Shown: piece after piece, positions 8,792-17,245 of the stretch
How the letters are laid out: every line of letters starts with the position of its first letter
Position numbering within the stretch: the first letter of the stretch is position 1
Assembly (NCBI GenBank): GCA_025963875.1
Contig: JAOPZY010000135.1
Location: 1 to 41,250 of the forward strand
DNA from: Actinomycetota bacterium
Lineage (GTDB): Bacteria > Actinomycetota > CADDZG01 > JAHWKV01 > JAOPZY01
Length of the DNA: 41,250 bases
Direction of reading: 5' to 3'
Translations under genes and position numbers: made by a program
Notes under the pieces: generated by a model
What the model was told of the DNA's origin: nothing
Seen by the model: the letters and a program-made list of their open reading frames with translations, nothing else
Database searches by the model: none

Positions 8792-9703
8792 ATGGAGGAT
8801 TCGCCGGCGATCGTCGCCAGAGGCCTGAAAAAGTCCTACGGCGATGTCGAGGCGGTGCGGGGCATCGACCTCCACGTTGCGAGAGGTGAGGTCTTCGCCC
8901 TGCTCGGCCCCAACGGAGCCGGCAAGACGACCACCGTCGAGATCCTCGAGGGACACCGCAAAGCCGACGCCGGCGAGGTGCGGGTCCTGGGCCACGACCC
9001 AGCCCGCCGGGAGCGGGCGCTGCTGGAGCGCATCGGCATCGTGCTCCAGGAGACGGGCATCGAGCCCTTCCTCACCGTGGAGGAGGCTATCGAGCTCTAC
9101 CGCGGCTACTACCCGCATCCGCGGCCAACCGACGAGATCCTCCACGTCGTGGGACTGGAGGAGAAGCGCAGCTCGCGGGTCAACAAACTCTCCGGCGGCC
9201 AGAAGCGCCGCCTCGACGTGGGGATCGGCCTCGCCGGCGACCCCGACCTCCTCTTCCTCGACGAGCCCACGACGGGCTTCGACCCCTCCGCCCGGCGCAA
9301 CGCCTGGCAGGTCGTGAAGAACCTCGCCGCCCTGGGCAAGACGATCGTGCTCACGACCCACTACATGGACGAGGCGCAGAACCTCGCCGACCGCGTTGCC
9401 ATCGTCGTCGGGGGCAGGATCGTCGCCGAGGGTCCTCCGGGGACGCTGGGTGGGACCGAACTCGAGCAGACCCGCATCTCGTTCTCGCTTCCCTCAGAGG
9501 CGGCGGCGCTGCCTGCCTCGTTCGGAGCAACCGCATCGGGCGCTGGCTACGTCATCGTCACCAAGGAGCCGGTCCGGGTGTTGTACGACCTGACGGGGTG
9601 GGCGCTGACCGAGGCCGTCGAGCTGGCGGACCTCACGGTCTCGAAGCCGTCGCTCGAGGACGTGTACCTGGAGTTGACAGGCGGCGTGGCGGGGACGGAG
9701 TGA
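8792..9703 (+). CDS. ABC transporter ATP-binding protein (DrrA-like ABC-2 exporter)
   Basis: GPNGAGKTT, LSGGQ, LFLDEPT, TTHY; ATG lies 6 nt after TATGCT. Confidence 0.92.
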   Translation: MEDSPAIVARGLKKSYGDVEAVRGIDLHVARGEVFALLGPNGAGKTTTVEILEGHRKADAGEVRVLGHDPARRERALLERIGIVLQETGIEPFLTVEEAIELYRGYYPHPRPTDEILHVVGLEEKRSSRVNKLSGGQKRRLDVGIGLAGDPDLLFLDEPTTGFDPSARRNAWQVVKNLAALGKTIVLTTHYMDEAQNLADRVAIVVGGRIVAEGPPGTLGGTELEQTRISFSLPSEAAALPASFGATASGAGYVIVTKEPVRVLYDLTGWALTEAVELADLTVSKPSLEDVYLELTGGVAGTE

Positions 9704-10476
9704 GCACCGCCCGACTGGCCCTGCGCCAGGTGCGCTACGAGAACAAGTCGTTCTGGCGCAACCCTGCCGCCGCCTACTTCACCTTCGCCTTCCCCATCGT
9801 GTTCCTGGTCATCTTCAACCTGCTGTTCGGCAACGCCAGGCTCACCCTGCCCGGGGGCCATATCGTCAAGCAGTCGACGTTCTACGTGGCGGCCATCGTG
9901 GCTTTCTCCGTCATCACCGCCTCGTTCACCAACCTGGCGATGAACGTGGTGTTCGCCCGCGAGCAGGGCGTCCTCAAGCGCAAGCGGGGCACCCCGATGC
10001 CGCCGCTCGCCTACCTCTCGGGCAAGATCCTGCATTCGGGCGTGATCGCGCTCCTCCTCGTGGCGATCATCATGGTCTTCGGCAAGGCGTTCTACGGCGT
10101 GAGCCTGGCGGGCAACCGCATCCCGGCCTTCCTTGCCAGCCTCGCCATCGGGGCGCTGTCGTTCTCGGCGATGGGCCTGGCGATCACGACCGTGGTCCCG
10201 AACGCCGATGCGGCGCCGGCCGTCGTCAACGCGGTGATCCTGCCGCTGCTGTTCATCTCGGACATCTTCATCCCGCTGACCACCGCCCCGAAGTGGTTGA
10301 GCACGGTGGGCAACATCTTCCCGGTCCGGCATTTCGCCGAGGCGATGCACCAGGTCTTCAACCCGTTCGCACCCGGGTCGGGCTTCCAGGGCAAGGACCT
10401 GCTCGTGATGGGGATCTGGGGCCTGGGCTCCCTGCTGGTGGCGGCCAAGTTCTTCCGCTGGGAGCCCACCCGGTAG
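9700..10476 (+). CDS. ABC-2 type transporter permease
   Basis: Multi-TM; FWRNPAAAYFTFAFP, REQGVLKR, ends FFRWE; GTGA overlap. Confidence 0.9.
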   Translation: MSTARLALRQVRYENKSFWRNPAAAYFTFAFPIVFLVIFNLLFGNARLTLPGGHIVKQSTFYVAAIVAFSVITASFTNLAMNVVFAREQGVLKRKRGTPMPPLAYLSGKILHSGVIALLLVAIIMVFGKAFYGVSLAGNRIPAFLASLAIGALSFSAMGLAITTVVPNADAAPAVVNAVILPLLFISDIFIPLTTAPKWLSTVGNIFPVRHFAEAMHQVFNPFAPGSGFQGKDLLVMGIWGLGSLLVAAKFFRWEPTR

Positions 10477-10486
10477 GACCTTCGAC

Positions 10487-10535
10487 CTTCTTTGGGTGAT
10501 GAACGATGCATAGCATTGATAATCACCCAAAGAAG
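10487..10535. repeat. AT-rich ~49-bp palindrome between convergent genes (possible bidirectional terminator)
   Basis: CTTCTTTGGGTGAT / ATCACCCAAAGAAG perfect 14-bp arms with inner CGATGC-ata-GCATTG. Confidence 0.75.
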
Positions 10536-10537
10536 CT

Positions 10538-11785
10538 TCACGACGTGTGGCGCTGGGCCTTGCCGGGGTCGGGGACTTTCCGGAACTGGAGGTAGATCAG
10601 GACGTCGTAGAGGATCTTCACGCCCCCGGCGGCGAAGAAGGGGCTGCCAAGGGCGACGTGGCTCATGAGCGCACCGCCAACCGAAGGCGCGACGGGGCGG
10701 GTGAGGTACCGGGCCGTGTTCGTGTAGGCGGCGGCGGCCACCCGTTCCTCGGGGTCGACCATCGTCATCACGTAGGCCTGGCGGGCGGGGACGTCCATCT
10801 GCGAGATGGCGAAGCGGGCCATCAGGATGGCGACGGCGATGGGGAGGTTGGGTGCCAGGGGCACCGCCATCAGCGCCAGGTTGGACGGCAGGTGGCTGAA
10901 GACCATCGTGTTCAGCAGCCCGATCCTGGCGGCGATGGGGCTGGCCAGCATCGAGGACCCCGCCTGGAGGATCCCGGCCACGGAGAAGACCACCGCCAGC
11001 AGGCCGGTGGAGGCCCCCAACGCCCTGCCGAACCAGAACACCAGGAACGTCTGGGTGATGAAGCCGCCCCCGAAGGAGTCGAGAGCGAACAACACGGCCA
11101 GCTTGCGCACGGTTGCCCGCGAGCGCACGAGGGGCGCCGGCTTGCCGGGCAGCGTCGAGGGGACCGGGCCGACCTCGACGGCCGGGGAGAGGCGAGCCGC
11201 CAGCACCCGGCAGACGATCCCGATCACCGGGAACATCAGCAGCCACCACTGGTTGGCGGGCACGCCGGAGATGGCCCTCCGGAGCAGGGCGGGCAGGCCG
11301 GCGGCGAGCGAGCCCACCGACCCGGCGGCGAAGGCCACGGCGTTGTAGCGGCCGAAGGCCCGCACCCTCCGGCTGGCACGGACCCCGCCGATCATGGCCT
11401 GCTCGAGGGAGGTGATCGGCCCGGACTCGTTGGGGTCGGGCGAGAGGGTCCCGCTGAGCGCCGCGAGCAGCAGGGCCGGGAACCAGCGAGTCAGGGCGAA
11501 CACCGCCCCCGCGACACCCATCAGCGCGAGCAGCGAGCCGTACAGCCTCCGCCGGCCCACCCGCTCGCCCCACCGGCCGACGGCGACGGAGGTGAGGGCC
11601 ATCCCGGCGAGCATGGCGGTGAGGATTGCCCCCACCTGGAGGTCGGAGAGCTTGGCGGCCGCCAGCACGACGCCGAGCAGCACGCTGGCGAAGCCGTAGG
11701 CGAAGGCCCGGAGTCCCTGGATGGTGAGGATGATGCGGATGTCGCGGGGGAGCCCCGCCGCCTGCAGCTCGTCAGCGTCTGCCAT
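10538..11785 (-). CDS. MFS transporter
   Basis: About 12 hydrophobic segments; motif A-like GRWGERVGRRR; DSFGGGF; SQMDVPARQAY. Confidence 0.9.
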   Translation of the reverse strand: MADADELQAAGLPRDIRIILTIQGLRAFAYGFASVLLGVVLAAAKLSDLQVGAILTAMLAGMALTSVAVGRWGERVGRRRLYGSLLALMGVAGAVFALTRWFPALLLAALSGTLSPDPNESGPITSLEQAMIGGVRASRRVRAFGRYNAVAFAAGSVGSLAAGLPALLRRAISGVPANQWWLLMFPVIGIVCRVLAARLSPAVEVGPVPSTLPGKPAPLVRSRATVRKLAVLFALDSFGGGFITQTFLVFWFGRALGASTGLLAVVFSVAGILQAGSSMLASPIAARIGLLNTMVFSHLPSNLALMAVPLAPNLPIAVAILMARFAISQMDVPARQAYVMTMVDPEERVAAAAYTNTARYLTRPVAPSVGGALMSHVALGSPFFAAGGVKILYDVLIYLQFRKVPDPGKAQRHTS

Positions 11786-11816
11786 CCCGGGAGCCTATCC
11801 GCCGCGGGGTTTTTAT

Positions 11817-11837
11817 CCGGCGCCTTGAGGGGCGCCT
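11817..11837 (+). repeat. 21-bp palindromic dispersed repeat, copy 2 (between divergent MFS and relaxase-like promoters)
   Basis: Identical CCGGCGCCTTGAGGGGCGCCT preceded by TTTTAT. Confidence 0.85.
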
Positions 11838-11857
11838 GGAGGGACGAGAATGGCCCG

Positions 11858-12496
11858 ATGGACGCCCGACTCGGCCAGCGGGATCTCGAGGCCCTCCGGT
11901 GGGTCGGCGAGCAGTACGCCTGCCGGCTGGACCAGCTCCAGATCCTGCTGGGGCGCCTCGGCGACCGGGGCGCACTTTCGGCATCGGCAGCTCGCTCCGT
12001 CGTCAGCCGCTGGGAGACGCTCGGCATGGCCTCCCGGGCCAGCTTCATCGCCGGCGAGCCGTCGTGGGTCTGGCTGACCCGCCGCGGCCTCCGGCAGGCG
12101 GGCCTGGCGTTCCGGGTCGTGGAGCCCAAGGCCTGGACGCTGCCCCACACCGCAGCCGTGAACCGGGTGCGCCTGTTCGTCGAACCGCGCCGTCCCGGCG
12201 CCCGCTGGCGTCCCGAGCGGGAGCTCCGGGCTGCCGGCGGTGCCGCAGGTCCCGGCGGGCCGGTGCCCGACGCAGAGATCCACGACGCGGGCGGTAACGT
12301 CATCGCCGTGGAGGTCGAGCTGTCCCCGAAGTCGCCCGCCCGCCGCCGGCGGGTCATGCAGGCGCTGGTGGCCCGCTACGACTCGCTCTGGTACTTCGCC
12401 TCCGCCGACTGCTGGGTGGCCCTCCACGACGCGGTCTGCCACGTACCGCCACAGCTTGCCGACCTCGTCCGCATCTACGCCCTGGAGGACCTCTAG
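11858..12496 (+). CDS. Replication-relaxation (Replic_Relax/MOB_C-like) protein: wHTH + PD-(D/E)xK nuclease
   Basis: RDLEALRWVGEQY wHTH start, WVWLTRRGL, LPHTAAVN, W.PEREL, catalytic-type PDAE...IAVEVELSPK. ATG 11858 lies 6 nt after GAGAAT. It is the 3' part of ORF 10547..12496. Confidence 0.72.
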   Translation: MDARLGQRDLEALRWVGEQYACRLDQLQILLGRLGDRGALSASAARSVVSRWETLGMASRASFIAGEPSWVWLTRRGLRQAGLAFRVVEPKAWTLPHTAAVNRVRLFVEPRRPGARWRPERELRAAGGAAGPGGPVPDAEIHDAGGNVIAVEVELSPKSPARRRRVMQALVARYDSLWYFASADCWVALHDAVCHVPPQLADLVRIYALEDL

Positions 12497-13782
12497 TGCA
12501 AGCCCACGTCGGGGTCGACGGCCTCCTGGGCGCCCTGGTCTCGGGCGACCTCTTCGAATGGGGCCGCCGGGACGCGGGGCGGCTGTGGCTCGCCTATCCC
12601 GAGGCGGACCTGTCCCGGCACGGCGTGGTGGTGGGGGCGGCGGGGTCGGGCAAGACCGAGACGCTGCTGCGGCTCTCGTACCTGGCGGCGAAGGTCTACG
12701 GCTGGCACGTCGTCTTCCTCGACGCCAAGGGCGACCCCGCCACCCGGGACCGCTTCGTTGCGGCCATGCTGCACGCCGGCGTCGATGCGGCAGCGATACG
12801 GGCCTTCCCCGCCCAGCCGTACGATGCCTGGCGCGGCGACGCCAGGGCGCTGGTCAACCGCCTCATGGAGGTCTCGGACTTCAGCGAGCCCTACTACCGG
12901 GCGATGGCGCTGCGGGTCCTGGACCTGGCGACGTCGGCGCCTCCCGGGCCGCCGCGGTCGTCCGCCGACCTGCTCGGCCGCCTACGGAAGCCGGCGCTGC
13001 GGATGGCCTACCGGGGGCGGCCCGAGGCGACCGAGATCGACGACCTCGCCGAGCGGGACGTGGCGGGCGTCGCCAACCGGTACCGGGCCTTCTTCGGGGC
13101 GCTGGGCGGCTCCCTCGACGGGACCTGGGCGTTCGAGGACCCGGCAGCCTGCTACGTCCTGCTCGAGGGCCTGGCGCTGAAGGCCGAGGCGGCGCGGCTC
13201 GGCCGCTTCTTCCTCGAGGACTTCGCCCACTACGCGGGCGTCCGCAAGGAGGCGGCGCGTCGGGTGCTGCTGGTGGTGGACGAGTTCTCCGCGCTGGAGT
13301 CGACGGCCGACGCCGCCCATCTCTTCGAGCGTCTGCGGTCGTTCGGTGCGGCGGTGATCGTCTCGGCACAGGGCTACGCCGGACTCGGTGTGGCGGGGGA
13401 CCGCATCCTCGACGCCGCCCAGACGCTCGTGCTCCACCGCTGCGCGGAGCCGGAGCGCCTCATCGCCCGGGCTGGGACGGTGCCCCGCGTGGAGCACACC
13501 CGGTACCTCCCCGGGCGGGACGCCGCCGGAGGCCCTGCCGGGAGGGAGGGGGCCGTGACCCGGCGGGAGGGATGGCGGGTCCGGCCGAACGACGTCCGCC
13601 AGCTTCCCGTGGGCGAGGCCGTCGTCGTCTCGGGCGGCAAGGCGGCCCGGGTGCGCGTGGAGCGGCTCCTCCCGCCCGAGGAGCTCCTGGCCGCCGCGGC
13701 CGGGATCGCCAGCCGCGCCGGCACGTCCCGGGCGGCGCCGGTCTTCCACCCGTCTCCGCCGCCGCAGGTTCCGGGCCTGTAG
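12496..13782 (+). CDS. VirD4/TraD-like type IV coupling protein ATPase (FtsK-HerA superfamily), no N-terminal TM anchor
   Basis: RHGVVVGAAGSGKT Walker A, FLDAKGD, LLVVDEFS Walker B, ERLRSFG...SAQ, VRPNDVRQLPVGEA C-terminal motif; 1-nt overlap with the upstream gene. Confidence 0.78.
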   Translation: MQAHVGVDGLLGALVSGDLFEWGRRDAGRLWLAYPEADLSRHGVVVGAAGSGKTETLLRLSYLAAKVYGWHVVFLDAKGDPATRDRFVAAMLHAGVDAAAIRAFPAQPYDAWRGDARALVNRLMEVSDFSEPYYRAMALRVLDLATSAPPGPPRSSADLLGRLRKPALRMAYRGRPEATEIDDLAERDVAGVANRYRAFFGALGGSLDGTWAFEDPAACYVLLEGLALKAEAARLGRFFLEDFAHYAGVRKEAARRVLLVVDEFSALESTADAAHLFERLRSFGAAVIVSAQGYAGLGVAGDRILDAAQTLVLHRCAEPERLIARAGTVPRVEHTRYLPGRDAAGGPAGREGAVTRREGWRVRPNDVRQLPVGEAVVVSGGKAARVRVERLLPPEELLAAAAGIASRAGTSRAAPVFHPSPPPQVPGL

Positions 13783-13786
13783 CCCG

Positions 13787-14683
13787 ATGACACCGGCCGG
13801 GATCGGGCTCGTCGCCGCCTCGATCCTCCTGGACCTACCCTCCGCAATCGCCCGGCTGTTCCTGACCGCGGTCATCGCCGGGCTGGCGGGCGCGCTCGAC
13901 TGGCGGGCCGACCTCGTCGTCTTCCTCGTAGCCTTCGGCCCGTACCTGCGAAGCATCGCCGCCCTCGTCTTCCCCCTTCCGGCTGGGGCATTCCTCCGGC
14001 AGGCGGCGGGGGCGCGGAAGCCGTCGGAACGCGAACGCGCGGCCATCGGGAATGCGTTCTCGCTGCTACCCGGCGGCGCCGCCCCGGCGAGCGTCCTCGT
14101 GATCGACGGTCCGGACGAGAACGCCTGGGTGCTCGGGTGCACGCTCTTCGTCGAGCGGGGCCTCTTCGAGAGCCCCCACCTGGTGGCGGTGCTGGCCCAC
14201 GAGGCGGGCCACCTGGCCGCCGGGGACGGGCGCGTGGCCCTGGCGGCCTGGTGGCTCCCCGTTCGCTCCGCGGCTTGGGTCGCGGCCCGCCTGATCGGCA
14301 GCAGGACCGGCGGTCTGCCCCAGGCGGGCAAGACCCTCCCGCAGCCCCGGGCCGCCGGTGCGGGCGCCGGGATCCTCCCCGACCCCCGGTTCCGCGTCCT
14401 CGGCGGCCTGCTCCGGCTCCCCGGCATCGCCGCAGGCACCGTGGCGCTACTCTTCGCCGGCGGCCTGTTCCCGATGCTCCTGCGCCAGGTGTGGGCCGCC
14501 TACCGCCGCAGCCGCGAGTTCGCGGCGGACGCCTTCGCGGCGTCGGCGGGCCATGGGCCGGCGCTCGTCGAGGCCCTCGCCGAGTGGCAGGTGCTCGACG
14601 TGGCCACGCCGTGGTGGCTCCGGCTCAGCCATCCCTACGTCGAGCAGCGGATCGACCAACTTCAGCGGCTGCAAGTAGAGTAG
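13787..14683 (+). CDS. M48 family (HtpX-like) membrane zinc metalloprotease
   Basis: ENAW, VLAHEAGH (HExxH), REFAADAFA (ExxAD), SHP...RI; TM segments. Confidence 0.82.
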   Translation: MTPAGIGLVAASILLDLPSAIARLFLTAVIAGLAGALDWRADLVVFLVAFGPYLRSIAALVFPLPAGAFLRQAAGARKPSERERAAIGNAFSLLPGGAAPASVLVIDGPDENAWVLGCTLFVERGLFESPHLVAVLAHEAGHLAAGDGRVALAAWWLPVRSAAWVAARLIGSRTGGLPQAGKTLPQPRAAGAGAGILPDPRFRVLGGLLRLPGIAAGTVALLFAGGLFPMLLRQVWAAYRRSREFAADAFAASAGHGPALVEALAEWQVLDVATPWWLRLSHPYVEQRIDQLQRLQVE

Positions 14684-14687
14684 GCCC

Positions 14688-15149
14688 ATGTTCGCACTCC
14701 TCCTGAGCGTGCACATCCTCGCGGCGATCATCGGGTTGGGGCCGTCGTTCTCGTTCGGTTTCCTCGGGGTCATGTCCGAGAAGCAGCCCGCCGCCGCCCG
14801 GGCCCTGCAGGAGACCATCCTCCTGATCTCGACCCGCATGGTCATCCCCCTCGTCGTGATCCTCGGCCTCAGCGGTGTGCTGCTGGTCGGCAACACCCAC
14901 GTCAACCTCAGCAAGAACCCCTGGCTGGGGGCCGGAATCGTCCTCTACGTCCTCGTGCTGGCGACGGCGATCTTCTACCAGGTACCCACCCAGAAGAAGA
15001 TCCTGGCGCTGCTCGGGCCAACCGGCGGGATGGACCAACCCGGGGTGCGCAAGCTCGCCACCGGCCAGCGGGTCGTCGGCATCTCCATGGGGCTGGCCGT
15101 TGTCGTCACCGCGGTCCTGATGATCTGGAAGCCCGGCGCCGGGTCGTAG
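14688..15149 (+). CDS. DUF2269-like 4-TM membrane protein
   Basis: LSVHILAAIIGLG...PWL...LMIWKP pattern. Confidence 0.75.
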   Translation: MFALLLSVHILAAIIGLGPSFSFGFLGVMSEKQPAAARALQETILLISTRMVIPLVVILGLSGVLLVGNTHVNLSKNPWLGAGIVLYVLVLATAIFYQVPTQKKILALLGPTGGMDQPGVRKLATGQRVVGISMGLAVVVTAVLMIWKPGAGS

Positions 15150-15158
15150 CGGTTCCCA

Positions 15159-16457
15159 ATGGGCACACTGGTCCTGCTGCAGCGCATCCAGGAGCGGAAG
15201 GCCGCCGTCGCCGTCGTCGGCCTCGGGTATGTCGGGCTCCCGCTGGCCATGGCCGCGGCGGCGGCCGGCTTCGACGTCACCGGCTTCGACACCGAGGCCC
15301 ACCGGGTGGAGTCGCTGACCCGGGGCGAGTCCTACATCCTCGACATCGACGCAAGCGACCTGAACGCCCAACTGGCCGCCGGACGCTTCCACCCGACCAC
15401 GGAGCCCACATCGCTGGCCGGCGCCGACGTCATCGTCATCTGCGTGCCCACCCCGCTGCGCAACGAGCTGCCGGACATGACCTACATCGAGGAGGCCGGC
15501 AAGATGATCGCGGCGGTCCTCGCCCCGGGGCGCCTCGTGATCCTGGAGTCCACCACCTACCCGGGCACCACAGAGGAGTACCTGCGGGGCATTCTCGAAT
15601 CCTCGGGTCTGCACTGCGGTTCGGACTTCTCGCTCGGCTTCTCGCCCGAGCGCATCGACCCGGGCAACACCCGCTTCACGCTCGCGAACGTGCCGAAGAT
15701 CGTCGGCGGCATCGACGCCGACTCCACGAGCCTCATGAAGGCCTTCTACTCGGCCTTCATCGACCGTGTCGTGACGGTCTCGTCGCCCAAGACCGCCGAG
15801 ATGGCGAAGCTGCTGGAGAACACCTACCGCCACGTCAACATCGCCCTTGCCAACGAGATCGCCATCCTGTGCCACGGGCTCGGTGTGGACGTGTGGGAGG
15901 TCATCGACGCCGCGGCCACGAAGCCGTTCGGGTTCCAGCCCTTCTTCCCAGGACCCGGCTGGGGCGGCCACTGCATCCCGGTGGATCCCGCCTACCTGTC
16001 GTGGCGGGTTCGCCAGATGCACCAGACCGCCCACTTCGTGGATCTCGCCCGTGAGATCAACGACCGGATGCCGGCCTATGTCGTCGAGCGCATCGGGGAC
16101 TGCCTGAACGAGGAGGGCAAGTCGCTGAAGGGATCGAAGGTGCTGGTGCTCGGCGTGGCCTACAAGCCCGACGTGTCCGACGTCCGCGAGTCGCCGGCGC
16201 TCGCCATCATCACCCGCCTGCGCCGCAGCGGGGCCGTGGTGAGCTTCCATGACCCGCACGTGGAGTCGGTCGACCTCGACGACGGCCAGCTCGACGGCAT
16301 CGAGCTCGACGACCAGCGCCTGCGAGAGGCCGACCTCGTCGCGGTGGTCACCAACCACTCCAGCTACGCCTGGGACGTGGTGGCACGCCACGCACCGCTG
16401 ATCCTCGACACCCGCAACGCTCTCAAGGGCATCGAGGGCCGCATCGTGCGGCTTTGA
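15159..16457 (+). CDS. Nucleotide-sugar dehydrogenase (UDP-N-acetylhexosamine 6-dehydrogenase, WecC/WbpA-like)
   Basis: GLGYVGLP, ICVPTP, ESTTYPGTT, SPERIDPG, KLLENTYRHVNIA, GGHCIPVDP, AYKPDVSDVRES. Confidence 0.92.
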   Translation: MGTLVLLQRIQERKAAVAVVGLGYVGLPLAMAAAAAGFDVTGFDTEAHRVESLTRGESYILDIDASDLNAQLAAGRFHPTTEPTSLAGADVIVICVPTPLRNELPDMTYIEEAGKMIAAVLAPGRLVILESTTYPGTTEEYLRGILESSGLHCGSDFSLGFSPERIDPGNTRFTLANVPKIVGGIDADSTSLMKAFYSAFIDRVVTVSSPKTAEMAKLLENTYRHVNIALANEIAILCHGLGVDVWEVIDAAATKPFGFQPFFPGPGWGGHCIPVDPAYLSWRVRQMHQTAHFVDLAREINDRMPAYVVERIGDCLNEEGKSLKGSKVLVLGVAYKPDVSDVRESPALAIITRLRRSGAVVSFHDPHVESVDLDDGQLDGIELDDQRLREADLVAVVTNHSSYAWDVVARHAPLILDTRNALKGIEGRIVRL

Positions 16458-17245
16458 CCTCACCGCCCGACGGCGGGACTGCGGGGCGCGGCCAGGGTTC
16501 GCACGTCCTGCGCAACCGCAAGGGGTGGGACGTCCTGGCGGCGGAGTACGAGGGGCCTGGGCGCCGGAACTGGGCTGCTGACGAGCCGACGTGGGGACTC
16601 TGGAACATCCCCGAGTCCGAGCTCCACGCCCTGCCGGCCGTCGCGGGCCGTGACGTGGTCGAGCTGGGCTGCGGGACCGGCTACGTGTCGGCGTGGCTGG
16701 CACGCCTGGGGGCTCGGCCGGTGGGGATCGACAACTCCCTCGCCCAGCTCCGCGCGGCTCGGCGCTTCCAGCGCGAGTTCGGCCTGGAGTTCCCCCTCGT
16801 GCAGGCCGACGCAGAGGCGGTCCCGCTGGCTGACGGGAGCTTCGACGTGGCGATCAGCGAGTACGGGGCCAGCATCTGGTGCGACCCCTACCGGTGGGTC
16901 CCCGAGGCGGCCAGGCTGCTGCGCCCGGGTGGAGACCTGGTGTTTTTCGTCAACGGGACGATCCTGATGCTGTGCGCCGCCGACGAGGACGACCGGCCGG
17001 CCGGAGACCGGCTCCTCCGGCCCTACTTCGGGATGCATCGCTTCGAGTGGCCGGGGGAGGAGTGCGTCGACTTCCACCTCGGCTACGGCGACTGGATCAG
17101 GCTCCTGCGGGCAAACGGCTTCGAGATCGAGGACCTGCTCGAGCTGCGACCTCCGGAGGGGGCCAGCACCCGCTACCCGTACGTGGATCTCCCGTGGGCA
17201 CGGCAGTGGCCGAGCGAAGAGGTGTGGAAGGCGCGGAAGCGCTAG
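16454..17245 (+). CDS. Class I SAM-dependent methyltransferase
   Basis: VVELGCGTG, DAEAVPLADGSFD, SEYGASIW, RLLRPGG. Confidence 0.88.
   Translation: MTSPPDGGTAGRGQGSHVLRNRKGWDVLAAEYEGPGRRNWAADEPTWGLWNIPESELHALPAVAGRDVVELGCGTGYVSAWLARLGARPVGIDNSLAQLRAARRFQREFGLEFPLVQADAEAVPLADGSFDVAISEYGASIWCDPYRWVPEAARLLRPGGDLVFFVNGTILMLCAADEDDRPAGDRLLRPYFGMHRFEWPGEECVDFHLGYGDWIRLLRANGFEIEDLLELRPPEGASTRYPYVDLPWARQWPSEEVWKARKR

Noticed and set aside
10547..11857. Apparent 649-aa protein fused to the relaxase-like domain
   Set aside because: The N-terminal part is the antisense of the MFS gene; the real start is ATG 11858 after a -10 box.
11790..14690. Complete ICE or integrated plasmid
   Set aside because: No integrase, flanking direct repeats, tRNA target, rep or T4SS genes seen.
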